This document shows positions 33,134 through 41,797 of a stretch of DNA of 44,835 nucleotides, one piece after another. The stretch covers positions 1-44,835 of the IMG/VR virus record IMGVR_UViG_3300037511_000186; one strand, given 5' to 3'. Below the pieces are notes generated by a model. It saw nothing but the letters and a program-made list of their open reading frames with translations, had not been told where the DNA came from and did no database searches. The first letter of the stretch is position 1. Every line of letters starts with the position of its first letter. This DNA comes from a virus. The translations under genes and the position numbers were made by a program.

Positions 33134-34402
33134 ATGTATTTAATGGAGAGTTCATCTCAGGTGGAGTTAAATAACCACTTCAGCAACAATACCGCACCGG
33201 AAGTAGCACCGGTAAAGTCTGCAAGAAAATATGATGATAACGGATGGCCAGAAATTAAAGGTAATCCGATAAGTAAAGTAGGTGTATTTCCATATTCGGG
33301 AGCGCAAATAGGTCATCCCGAATTGGACCCAAATAAAATTTATATGGTGTATCGTCCTGAAGAGGAACTAGCGGATGAAGAAACAATAAATTCATTTAAG
33401 CTTTTGCCGTTTACGGATGAGCATGCTATGCTTGGTTCTGAAGAAGAAGGATTAATGCCAGCCGAAAATAAAGGTATTGAAGGCATTACCGGGGAACATG
33501 TTTATTTTGATTTCCCTTATTTACGATCCAATCTAAAAATATTTTCAGAGAAAGCGCACGATCGAATCGAGAGTGGCAAAAGAGAAATATCCATCGGATA
33601 CCGTTGTATATATGAAAAGAAGAATGGTGTTTATGATGGACAATCATACGACTTTATTCAACGTAATCTGCGTGGGAACCATGTAGCTTTAGTTGATGAG
33701 GGCCGTTCGGGATCTGATGTTGCGGTATTAGATCGATTAAAATTTACTTTTGATTCTAAGGATATTAATATGCCAGATATGACTAAGCCAGACGGCGAGG
33801 CAGAAGATTTAAAAAACCCAGAAGGTACTGATACTATGGAAAATGAAATGGAAAAAGAAAATGTATCTAATGATAACGAGGGCATGAACTTAGAGATGGT
33901 TTGTAATGCTCTTCGGGATGCCGTAGGTTATATGGAGAAAATGATGACTAATAAGAATGGTACCGATGTGGATTGGAATAAAGAAGGCATGACCGGTGAT
34001 ACAGAACCTAAAGATTTTGTAAAAAAAGCTGATATTACAGATGATTCTGAAACTGAAAAATCTGAAAAAGAAGAAGCTAAAGATGAAGAAGCTGAGAAAG
34101 AAAGTAAACAATCTACCGAAAAAGGAATGGATTCCAAAGCTATTTTTAGAGAAATTTCTCAAAGAGACGCTTTAGCAGCTAGACTTTCTCAACATATTGG
34201 CACTTTTGATCATAAAGAAAAGACCCTCGATGAAGTTGCATCTTACGGCGTACGTAAATTAGGATTAACTTGTAAAAAAGGTCATGAACAATCTGTGTTA
34301 CAGGGTTTTTTAGCAGCTGCTAAAATAAGCACGGCTGTAGTAGGACAGGATTCTGCACCGCGTTCCAATTTAATCGAAGAATTCTTAAAAGGAGCTAAAT
34401 AA
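33134..34402 (+). CDS. capsid scaffolding / maturation protein (DUF2213-like)
   Basis: The N-terminal domain (PISKVGVFPYSG ... FTDEHAML ... LRGNHVALVDEGRSG) is followed by a long acidic Lys/Glu-rich region. It lies immediately upstream of the decoration and capsid genes. Confidence 0.55.
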   Translation: MYLMESSSQVELNNHFSNNTAPEVAPVKSARKYDDNGWPEIKGNPISKVGVFPYSGAQIGHPELDPNKIYMVYRPEEELADEETINSFKLLPFTDEHAMLGSEEEGLMPAENKGIEGITGEHVYFDFPYLRSNLKIFSEKAHDRIESGKREISIGYRCIYEKKNGVYDGQSYDFIQRNLRGNHVALVDEGRSGSDVAVLDRLKFTFDSKDINMPDMTKPDGEAEDLKNPEGTDTMENEMEKENVSNDNEGMNLEMVCNALRDAVGYMEKMMTNKNGTDVDWNKEGMTGDTEPKDFVKKADITDDSETEKSEKEEAKDEEAEKESKQSTEKGMDSKAIFREISQRDALAARLSQHIGTFDHKEKTLDEVASYGVRKLGLTCKKGHEQSVLQGFLAAAKISTAVVGQDSAPRSNLIEEFLKGAK

Positions 34403-34938
34403 TGTCTAGCCCAGCAGCTTTTCAATCAAGTGTTGCGTTGCAACAAGGTTTTGGCGTACCTGGTGATATATTTCAGGATGTAGCTTGGGTTGTTCAATCT
34501 TATACTATTGTAAGTGATCCACAAGTAAACACCGTGGGTTCTACTGCATATACAATTACGAGTCAGGGTCTTGCTGAAGCGGGTAGTGGTGGTAGTTTAG
34601 GTTTTGCTGGTATTTTATGTGCCCCAAAAAGCTATTCACTTTTTGGTACTGGCGGCGTACCTCTTCAACCCACTTTGGTATTGCCAGATGAAACTCAGGC
34701 AGAGCTATTAACGCAAGGTATGATGATTGCGAAATTGCCCGGAGCGGCCAGTATCGGAGATTATGTACTTTATGATAATACTACTGGTGTTTTAGAAACT
34801 ACAGCACCTACAGATACTCTTCCGACTGGTAAAAGTTTTGCAAATGCGGTCGTAGCACTATTTGATGTTAGTGATAATGGCATAGCTGTAATCCAAGTTA
34901 CCCCTGTAATTAACCCTATCCCAGTATTAGCACCATAA
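34402..34938 (+). CDS. head decoration / cement protein (178 aa)
   Basis: Small ORF between the scaffold and major capsid genes, with its start overlapping the scaffold stop. It has a paralogue in the N-terminal domain of 27280..28614. Confidence 0.55.
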   Translation: MSSPAAFQSSVALQQGFGVPGDIFQDVAWVVQSYTIVSDPQVNTVGSTAYTITSQGLAEAGSGGSLGFAGILCAPKSYSLFGTGGVPLQPTLVLPDETQAELLTQGMMIAKLPGAASIGDYVLYDNTTGVLETTAPTDTLPTGKSFANAVVALFDVSDNGIAVIQVTPVINPIPVLAP

Positions 34939-34950
34939 GGAACTATTGAA

Positions 34951-36072
34951 ATGCCTACACCTAGTAAAGTTATTGCTCAAATAAGTGCAAAAAGCGCCGG
35001 GCTTATGCAAAAAGAAATTGAGAAATTTTCAGTTTCTGAATATGAAAACTTATCCCTTTTGGGGATTGGTCTGGATTCTAAAGCTGTAAATAAGATGATG
35101 AGAGCTACAAATGCAACTGATGCTATGGATGCTTTGCAACCTTTAGTAACTGTTGCTTCTGTTAATACGCCTGTTCAATTTTTACAAAACTGGTTACCCG
35201 GATTTGTATTTGTTATTACCGCGGCTCGTAAAATCGATGATCTTATCGGTATTCAAATTACCGGTTCTTGGGAAGATGAACAAATAGTACAGGGCGTTTT
35301 AGAGCGTACAGGTACTTCTCTTCCTTACGGTGATTGGACTAACGTGCCTTTGAGTTCATGGAACACAAACTTTGTTACCCGTACTGTTTTCCGTGGTGAA
35401 GAAGGAATGAAGGTAGGTAGTTTAGAAGCTGCTCGTTCTGCACGTATGCTTGTAGACGATGCGGGTACTAAACGTGAAGCTTGCGCACTTGCTCTTGAGA
35501 TTCAACGTAATGAAATTGGTTTTTATGGGTTCAATAACGGTAACAATAACACCTACGGTTTCTTAAATGACCCCGGTTTGAATGCGTATACTGAAGTTGC
35601 AACAGGTACAGCTGGCTTTACTTGGAGTGTTAAAACTTTCTTAGAAATTCAAAGAGACATTTTAACTGCGATCCAAACTTTACGTACTCAATCACAAGAT
35701 ACTATCGATCCTGAAAAAGTTGATTTGACTCTTGCAGTTGCTACTGATGCTGTGGATTATCTTGCTACTACTTCAGATTTTGGTATTTCTGTACGCGAAT
35801 GGATGCGCCAAGCTTATCCACGTATTCGTGTTGTTTCTGCTCCTCAATTAAACGGCGCTAATAGTGACGAGAATGTGTTTTATCTTTATGCAGATAAAAT
35901 CCAAGATATGAGTACCGATGGTGGTGCCGTGTGGATCCAAGCTGTTCCTTCTAAATTCCAGATGCTTGGTGTTCAACAACTTGCTAAGGCTTATGAAGAA
36001 GATTATTCAAATGCTACAGCGGGTGCGATGGCTAAACGTCCTTGGGCTATTACACGTTGGTATAATATCTAA
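34951..36072 (+). CDS. major capsid protein
   Basis: 373 aa. It comes after the scaffold and decoration genes and is followed by the strongest hairpin terminator in the window. Called from position and size. Confidence 0.75.
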   Translation: MPTPSKVIAQISAKSAGLMQKEIEKFSVSEYENLSLLGIGLDSKAVNKMMRATNATDAMDALQPLVTVASVNTPVQFLQNWLPGFVFVITAARKIDDLIGIQITGSWEDEQIVQGVLERTGTSLPYGDWTNVPLSSWNTNFVTRTVFRGEEGMKVGSLEAARSARMLVDDAGTKREACALALEIQRNEIGFYGFNNGNNNTYGFLNDPGLNAYTEVATGTAGFTWSVKTFLEIQRDILTAIQTLRTQSQDTIDPEKVDLTLAVATDAVDYLATTSDFGISVREWMRQAYPRIRVVSAPQLNGANSDENVFYLYADKIQDMSTDGGAVWIQAVPSKFQMLGVQQLAKAYEEDYSNATAGAMAKRPWAITRWYNI

Positions 36073-36096
36073 ACGGTTTGTATTAGTGAGGAAGGT

Positions 36097-36132
36097 AATT
36101 AAAGGCGTCTTTATGGCGCCTTTAATTTATTT
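36097..36132 (+). terminator. rho-independent terminator after the major capsid gene
   Basis: aattaaaggcgtc (36097-36109) pairs with ggcgcctttaatt (36115-36127): a 13-bp stem with one G-U and a 5-nt loop tttat, followed by a T-rich tail. Confidence 0.8.
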
Positions 36133-36146
36133 AGGAATAAGATAAT

Positions 36147-36557
36147 ATGGACCAGTTACGTGAATTAATTATAAAACACGAGGGGTTAAGACTTAAACCA
36201 TATCGTGATACGGTAGGAAAATTAACTATTGGTGTTGGAAGAAATTTAGATGACCGAGGAATAACTCAAGATGAGGCTTTATCTCTTTTAAATAATGATT
36301 TATCTGTATGTGTTTCCGAACTTAAAAATTATTCTTGGTTTATTAGCCTGAATAAGATCAGACAAGAAGTTTTAATTGAGTTGGTTTTTAATATCGGAAT
36401 TGCGCGAGTGTTAAATTTTAAAAAAATGATTAGCGCTCTTTCTCTTCAAAATTATGTTCTAGCCTCAAGAGAACTTCTTGATAGCTCATGGGCGAAACAA
36501 GTAGGTATAGAACGTTCTAATAATATGGCTTCTCGATTATTGACCGGTAAATATTGA
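36147..36557 (+). CDS. endolysin, T4-type (GH24) lysozyme
   Basis: IIKHEGLRLKPYRDTVGKLTIGVGRNL carries the E ... D ... T catalytic arrangement of T4 lysozyme-like enzymes. Confidence 0.88.
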   Translation: MDQLRELIIKHEGLRLKPYRDTVGKLTIGVGRNLDDRGITQDEALSLLNNDLSVCVSELKNYSWFISLNKIRQEVLIELVFNIGIARVLNFKKMISALSLQNYVLASRELLDSSWAKQVGIERSNNMASRLLTGKY

Positions 36558-36597
36558 GCTATTCTTAAAGTATCGTTAAAGGATAGGGAGGGCGGCC

Positions 36598-36819
36598 ATG
36601 TGTATATTCGATAGAATGAAAAGTTTTTCTTCTTGTTTTGCAAAAGCTATTCCTTTGCTCGTTACATTAGCATCTTTAGCTACCGCTTTAATGCCTAATC
36701 CATCTCCACGTGAGGCGGAACTTTTAGCTACGGTTCATAGAATTTTAGATGTGCTCGCTTTAAATGTGGTACATAATTCTCATCAATTAAATGCACAAGA
36801 CATTTCAGAAGATAATTAG
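36598..36819 (+). CDS. small membrane-associated protein, possible lysis accessory (73 aa)
   Basis: Hydrophobic stretch AIPLLVTLASLATALM directly after the endolysin gene. No definite holin or spanin signature. Confidence 0.4.
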   Translation: MCIFDRMKSFSSCFAKAIPLLVTLASLATALMPNPSPREAELLATVHRILDVLALNVVHNSHQLNAQDISEDN

Positions 36820-36846
36820 GGGACCTGCTATACTTTTTAAAATGTC

Positions 36847-36903
36847 TTGATGGCCTATCTTCAGTGGGGTATAGTTGACTTATACAGTACTGATAATGTC
36901 AAC
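36847..36903 (+). promoter_or_regulatory. candidate promoter plus 30-bp palindrome upstream of the neck/tail genes
   Basis: TTGATG (36847-36852), 17 nt, TATAGT (36870-36875). The palindrome is GTTGAC (36874-36879) ... CAGTACTG (36885-36892) ... GTCAAC (36898-36903), symmetric about 36888/36889. Confidence 0.4.
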
Positions 36904-36917
36904 AAAAGGAGTTTTTC

Positions 36918-37310
36918 ATGAGCTATTATATTTATTCAACACATACCAATCCGGTGCAATACGTAAAATATGAGACGAATTCAAACAAGAATCATAACGT
37001 AATTCAACGTCGTTTTTTGGTGAATGGTGGTCACGGCTTATGTAATAAAGCATTAGTTACACCTCAAGGTGTGGTTACTTTTGTAAAAACGCAAGAAGAA
37101 ATGGATTGGTTAAATAGTATTCCAGCATTTCAAAACGATATTAAAAAGGGTTTTATTACGGTTACTAAACGTAAAGAAGAACCAGAAAAAATAGCTAAAA
37201 ATATGACAGCTAAAGATGGGTCTGCACCTAAGACTGAAAGAGATTATGTAAAAACTAGAGAAGGTGGATATACTAGTCAAAATTCAATCGCTGCGAGATC
37301 GACATTATGA
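36918..37310 (+). CDS. hypothetical protein (130 aa)
   Basis: AAGGAG lies upstream. First gene of the neck/tail segment. No motif recognised. Confidence 0.65.
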   Translation: MSYYIYSTHTNPVQYVKYETNSNKNHNVIQRRFLVNGGHGLCNKALVTPQGVVTFVKTQEEMDWLNSIPAFQNDIKKGFITVTKRKEEPEKIAKNMTAKDGSAPKTERDYVKTREGGYTSQNSIAARSTL

Positions 37311-37759
37311 CAATCTTAATTTTTGATGTTACTATTTTCAGGGCCCAATGCCCGGCGTATGCTAATCCTGCAGAGTTTCCCGATATTATGCTTCAAGCTT
37401 TTTGGGATGCAGCAACGTATTATGTTAGTGACATTGGAAATTTTGGAAGTTTACAAGGTGATGCAAGACGATACGCGCTGAATTTAATGACGGCGCATCT
37501 TTTATATATTTCTCAATTAACAGCACAAGGCCAAGTACCTTATGTGTTGTCGGCAAGTACAATTGATAAAGTTCAAGTTAGTACCGTTCAAGTACCCCTC
37601 AAAAATCAATGGGGCTGGTGGATGATGATCAGCCCTTATGGTCAAGAATTGTGGGCTCTTTTACAAGTACGATCTGTTGGCGGTTTTTATATTGGTGGTA
37701 CCCCCACAAAAAGTGCTTTTAGAGGATATGGATGTAGTGGCTACGGAATTTCGAACTGA
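37307..37759 (+). CDS. head-tail connector protein (DUF4054-like)
   Basis: N-terminus IFDVTIFRAQCPAYANPAEFPD...QAFWDAATYYVS resembles DUF4054 head-completion proteins. ATGA overlap upstream. Confidence 0.6.
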   Translation: MTILIFDVTIFRAQCPAYANPAEFPDIMLQAFWDAATYYVSDIGNFGSLQGDARRYALNLMTAHLLYISQLTAQGQVPYVLSASTIDKVQVSTVQVPLKNQWGWWMMISPYGQELWALLQVRSVGGFYIGGTPTKSAFRGYGCSGYGISN

Positions 37760-38234
37760 GAAGCATATCGACCTAGATAAATTGATTGCTGACTTAAGTA
37801 CTGATAAAGTTCTTAAGGTTGGTTGGCCTAAAGCTATTCGATATTCTAAAGAAAGTGGGGGGAATTACATTGCTGAAATTGCGGCACAAAATGAATATGG
37901 TGCCCCGCATAAGCGAATACCTGCTCGTCCTTTTATGGGGCCCGCCATTACCAACAACAAAGCTAAATGGTTGAATACGCTTGAACGTGGAGTTAAAAGT
38001 GTTATTAAGGGTAATAACGACATAGATGAAGTACTTAAGTTAATAGGTGCTCAAGCGGCCGGAGATGTATCACAAGCTATTAAAGATGTAACTTCTCCAC
38101 AATTATCAGAAGTTACGATTGCCATACGGTTAAGTAAACTTAAGAAAAAAGCCAGGACTGCTTCTCTAGAAAAGCCCTTAATTGATACCGGGATTATGCT
38201 ACGATCCGTTACTTATGCTGTGGAGAAAGAGTAA
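37728..38234 (+). CDS. HK97 gp10-like head-tail joining protein
   Basis: The KRIPARPFMGPA motif is typical of the HK97 gp10 family. I prefer the internal ATG at 37728 (MDVVATEF...) to the track start at 37638, which would overlap the previous gene by 122 nt. Confidence 0.6.
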   Translation: MDVVATEFRTEKHIDLDKLIADLSTDKVLKVGWPKAIRYSKESGGNYIAEIAAQNEYGAPHKRIPARPFMGPAITNNKAKWLNTLERGVKSVIKGNNDIDEVLKLIGAQAAGDVSQAIKDVTSPQLSEVTIAIRLSKLKKKARTASLEKPLIDTGIMLRSVTYAVEKE

Positions 38235-38692
38235 TGAGTTTTATCCCCGGACAGAATTTATTAAATATGGCGTTAACTTTAATAGCACGTCAAGGTCTTA
38301 CTTACTATCGTGCTTTGGGTAGGGAGCTTAATGATTTAGGCCTATATGATACAACTTACGCTAATGGTTCGGTAATGTACGGGAGTTGGCAGCCGGTACC
38401 TAGACAATTAATGATTCAGTATGGTCTAGACCTACAAAAGAACTATTTTACCTTTTATACATCCAATAATGTTCTAGATTTAGATCGAGATATTACAGCA
38501 GATCAATTGGCTTTTAATGGGGAATTATACCAAGTTGAAAGTGCTAATAATTGGTATAGGCTAGATGGTTGGAAGGGTATTTTATGTATTCATATTGGTC
38601 GTGATACCAGACAATCTAATATTTTTGGATTTGGTACTATTCCTTCTTCAAATAGTTATGTTAACTTCGAACATGGAAATTTTTTAGGTTGA
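38234..38692 (+). CDS. neck/tail hypothetical structural protein (152 aa)
   Basis: TAATG coupling to the preceding gene. Position is between the connector and sheath genes. Confidence 0.6.
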   Translation: MSFIPGQNLLNMALTLIARQGLTYYRALGRELNDLGLYDTTYANGSVMYGSWQPVPRQLMIQYGLDLQKNYFTFYTSNNVLDLDRDITADQLAFNGELYQVESANNWYRLDGWKGILCIHIGRDTRQSNIFGFGTIPSSNSYVNFEHGNFLG

Positions 38693-38702
38693 AACAAAGC
38701 TA

Positions 38703-39242
38703 ATGCAAACGGATAATACGCTTATACAATTATTTCTACCCATTATAAAAAGTGGTTTGATTGCTGATGGGTTTGATGACGTAGTAGTGCAACAAGCAAA
38801 TCAACCCACGCAACAAGGCGTACCTACTAGCCCCACTGTTTATTTTTATAAAACAGGAAACAAACGATATGGGTTTCTCGGTCGGTTAGATGAATGGGAA
38901 CCTATAGGCAGTAGTATGGTTCATCATGAAAAACAATATTACGAAACCACTTTTAGGATACAAACCCTAGTTTTACAAAATGTAAAATCACCTACTTATA
39001 CCTCATCGGATTTGGCTAATGAAGTTGCAAGTATCTTACAAAGCGATAGAACCTTAACGATATTAAATACTCAAGGGGTTGGTATTTTAAGGATTACGGA
39101 TATTGTTAATCCTTATTTTACGGATGATAGAGATAATTTTGAGGCGCTACCATCTTTTGATTTCACTATGCTATACTTGAACGATAGATTATCTACCAAC
39201 CCGATAGTTGATTCGTTTGAAAGTGGCATATATCGTGTTTAA
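38703..39242 (+). CDS. putative tail completion / terminator protein (179 aa)
   Basis: It lies immediately upstream of the sheath gene. Function inferred from position only. Confidence 0.5.
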   Translation: MQTDNTLIQLFLPIIKSGLIADGFDDVVVQQANQPTQQGVPTSPTVYFYKTGNKRYGFLGRLDEWEPIGSSMVHHEKQYYETTFRIQTLVLQNVKSPTYTSSDLANEVASILQSDRTLTILNTQGVGILRITDIVNPYFTDDRDNFEALPSFDFTMLYLNDRLSTNPIVDSFESGIYRV

Positions 39243-39256
39243 GTAAGGAAACAAAA

Positions 39257-40801
39257 ATGTCAATAAGCATAAATCGTTACGTTGATATCACTTCGGGAGT
39301 CGGCGCCGGGTCTGCTGTTCCGACAAGAGATTTAGTCGGTCGTTTTTTCACTGGAAATGTATTTCTACCTCCAGAAACTTTTTTATCTTTCGATAGCGCC
39401 GCTGCGGTTGGAGAATATTTCGGAACAGATTCTGAGGAATACCTTAGAGCTGTTTTTTATTTCGGTTGGATTAGTAAAAGTGTAACCCAACCCGGGTCAA
39501 TTCAATTTGCTCGTTGGGTTAATTCTGCAGTAGGTCCTTTGGTATATTCCTTAAAGAATAACAATACGGCGCTAGCAGATTGGACCGATATTACCGATGG
39601 TTCCTTTATATTAACCATGGGTACTTTTACTTTTACTCTCAGCAGCCTGGATTTTAGTACAGCTTCAAATTTAGCTGACGTTGCGGATGTCCTAGAGGCG
39701 GCAGTACAAGCCCAAACCGGGGGCGGCGCATTATGGACCGCGGCAACCGTGGAATATGTTTCTGAGTTAGGTGGTTTCAGCCTTGTTGGGGGTGCCACAG
39801 GTGCCGCCGCTATTGTTGTTGAATCACCTGATAGCGGTACAGACATTACTCCAGCCGGTTTATTAGGCTGGCTTCCTAAAGCAGTTAACACTAACGGTAC
39901 TTTGAGTCCGGGCGCACTATGGTCCCCCGGTGCCGATGTGGAAACGATTACTGATGCGCTTACGGCTTCTAATAATTCATCTAATAACTTTGGTTCTTTT
40001 ACCTTCTTAACTAATTTAGATTTAACGCTCGATCAAGTAACAGAAGCGGCCGAATGGAACTATGCGCTTAACAACATTTACTTATATTCCGTAGCGGTAC
40101 TTCCCGAGGATGCTTCAGAATGGGCAACTGCCTTAGAAGATATCGGCGGCGTGGGATTAACCTTAAGTCCGGAATTAGATCCTTTAGAATATCCCGAAAT
40201 GGCACCAATGATGATTGAAGGTGCTACAGATTATGATCGTATTAATAGCGTTCAAAATTATATGTTTCAGATATTTGATCTTACTCCTAGCGTTACTTCT
40301 GATTCTGATGCTGCTGCGTATGATGCCCTTAGAATTAATTACTATGGTCAAACTCAAAGTGCTGGCGCTCAAATTAGATTTTATCAAACAGGTATTTTGC
40401 AAGGCACCCCTACTAGTCCATTAAATATGGGTGTATACGTTAATGAGATTTGGCTAAAAGATGCAGTTACATCTGCGCTTGCTACCATGCTTTTATCTCA
40501 AACTTACATTCCGGCAAATGCACAAGGCAATAGTTTAGTAATCGGAACGGTGCAAGGAGTGGTTAATCAAGCTCTAAACAACGGGACCATTAGTGTTAAT
40601 AAAACACTTACTATCCCCCAACAAATGTATGTTACCAGTGTTACTAACGACCCTAACGCATGGCATCAAGTGCAAGACATTGGGTATTGGTTAAACTGTA
40701 ATATCGTTACAAATGGTAGTAGTAACGAAGCTCATTATATTCTCGTATATAGTAAAAACGACGTAATTAACTTCGTATCTGGTACACACATTTTGATCTA
40801 A
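39257..40801 (+). CDS. contractile tail sheath protein (DUF3383-like)
   Basis: 514 aa. N-terminus SINRYVDITSGVGAGSAVPTRDLVGRFFT. It is followed by the tube, frameshifted chaperone and tape measure genes in canonical myovirus order. Confidence 0.7.
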   Translation: MSISINRYVDITSGVGAGSAVPTRDLVGRFFTGNVFLPPETFLSFDSAAAVGEYFGTDSEEYLRAVFYFGWISKSVTQPGSIQFARWVNSAVGPLVYSLKNNNTALADWTDITDGSFILTMGTFTFTLSSLDFSTASNLADVADVLEAAVQAQTGGGALWTAATVEYVSELGGFSLVGGATGAAAIVVESPDSGTDITPAGLLGWLPKAVNTNGTLSPGALWSPGADVETITDALTASNNSSNNFGSFTFLTNLDLTLDQVTEAAEWNYALNNIYLYSVAVLPEDASEWATALEDIGGVGLTLSPELDPLEYPEMAPMMIEGATDYDRINSVQNYMFQIFDLTPSVTSDSDAAAYDALRINYYGQTQSAGAQIRFYQTGILQGTPTSPLNMGVYVNEIWLKDAVTSALATMLLSQTYIPANAQGNSLVIGTVQGVVNQALNNGTISVNKTLTIPQQMYVTSVTNDPNAWHQVQDIGYWLNCNIVTNGSSNEAHYILVYSKNDVINFVSGTHILI

Positions 40802-40811
40802 GGATTTAGAA

Positions 40812-41255
40812 ATGGAAAATATTTCAGGTTATGGCATATCGGTTAGTATCATTGCTTCTAAAACATTTCCTGTTGGATTGTTTTTAACAGAATTTGCGGA
40901 TGATACAGACCCTGTCGAGATTCCCAGCATACAAATTGCTGATAAAGCCATGGGCCTTAACGGAGATTTAGTTGCTTGGTCTAGAGCTAATCCCATACTT
41001 TTAACTCTTGCGGTTATTCCTGGAAGTTACGCAGATATTAATCTTGCTATTTTATTAGAAGCCAACCGCGTGGGTAAAGGTAAAATTGGTGCGCGTGATG
41101 TAATGAGCGCAACCGTAACTTATCCCGCTGGTAATTTCATCGTTTTAACTGATGGATTAATTACTGACGGTACGCCAGCCAGTAGTACAGCAAGCAGTGG
41201 ACGTTTAAAATCTAAAACTTATGCATTTGCATTTGAAAATAGAATCGGAGGTTAA
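40812..41255 (+). CDS. tail tube protein
   Basis: 147-aa ORF between the sheath and chaperone genes. Confidence 0.6.
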   Translation: MENISGYGISVSIIASKTFPVGLFLTEFADDTDPVEIPSIQIADKAMGLNGDLVAWSRANPILLTLAVIPGSYADINLAILLEANRVGKGKIGARDVMSATVTYPAGNFIVLTDGLITDGTPASSTASSGRLKSKTYAFAFENRIGG

Positions 41256-41258
41256 TTC

Positions 41259-41579
41259 ATGGCTTTGATCCAACCTCTAGAAAAAGAGATTAACGGACGT
41301 AGGTTTATCTTATCTAAATTTCCCGCTGTTGCCGGCCGGGAAATTGCCGCAATTTATACTGATAATGTTTTAAATAAAAGTAACGATTATAATTTAAGTG
41401 AATCCACGATGCTTAAGTTAATGTGTTATGTTGCGGTGCCTACTGAAACCGGAGTCCCTCTTAATTTAACTACCCGAGCTTTAGTGGACAACCATACCGG
41501 GGATTGGGAAACGTTAGTTAAAATTGAAAGAGAGATGATGGAGTACAACTGCTCTTTTTTCAAAGAAGGGCGGGTCTAA
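41259..41579 (+). CDS. tail assembly chaperone (G-type, zero-frame product)
   Basis: 106 aa. It lies immediately upstream of the tape measure gene and contains the slippery heptamer T TTT TTC at 41555-41561. Confidence 0.75.
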   Translation: MALIQPLEKEINGRRFILSKFPAVAGREIAAIYTDNVLNKSNDYNLSESTMLKLMCYVAVPTETGVPLNLTTRALVDNHTGDWETLVKIEREMMEYNCSFFKEGRV

Positions 41580-41797
41580 AATTCCCGGGTTGGTCTCGTC
41601 CTGAAAGTAAAAATATAGATTTCCCCAACGTGGATCAACTGATCGGTTCTATTGTTGCTTCTAAATTAGCTACCCTTCATGAATTAAATACGGTGTATAC
41701 TTTGGAAGATGCTTACGATCTCTTTGAAGTAGTAGCAGTTACGCGATATAACGAATGGTTGACTATCCAAGAAGCCAATAAAAAGGTACGTAGATAA
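41259..41797 (+). CDS. tail assembly chaperone, -1 frameshift fusion product (GT-type): 41259..41561 joined to 41561..41797
   Basis: The -1 frame is open without stops from 41561 (CAA AGA AGG ...) to the TAA at 41795-41797, which overlaps the tape measure ATG. I translated it codon by codon, giving a 78-aa extension with no ATG-initiated ORF of its own. Confidence 0.7.

Noticed and set aside
37638-37759. 122-nt overlap between 37307..37759 and the track ORF 37638..38234 as a second programmed frameshift
   Set aside because: There is no X XXY YYZ heptamer in the correct register (ACAAAAAGT does not fit), and the second frame is +1 rather than -1. An internal ATG at 37728 gives a normal 32-nt overlap.
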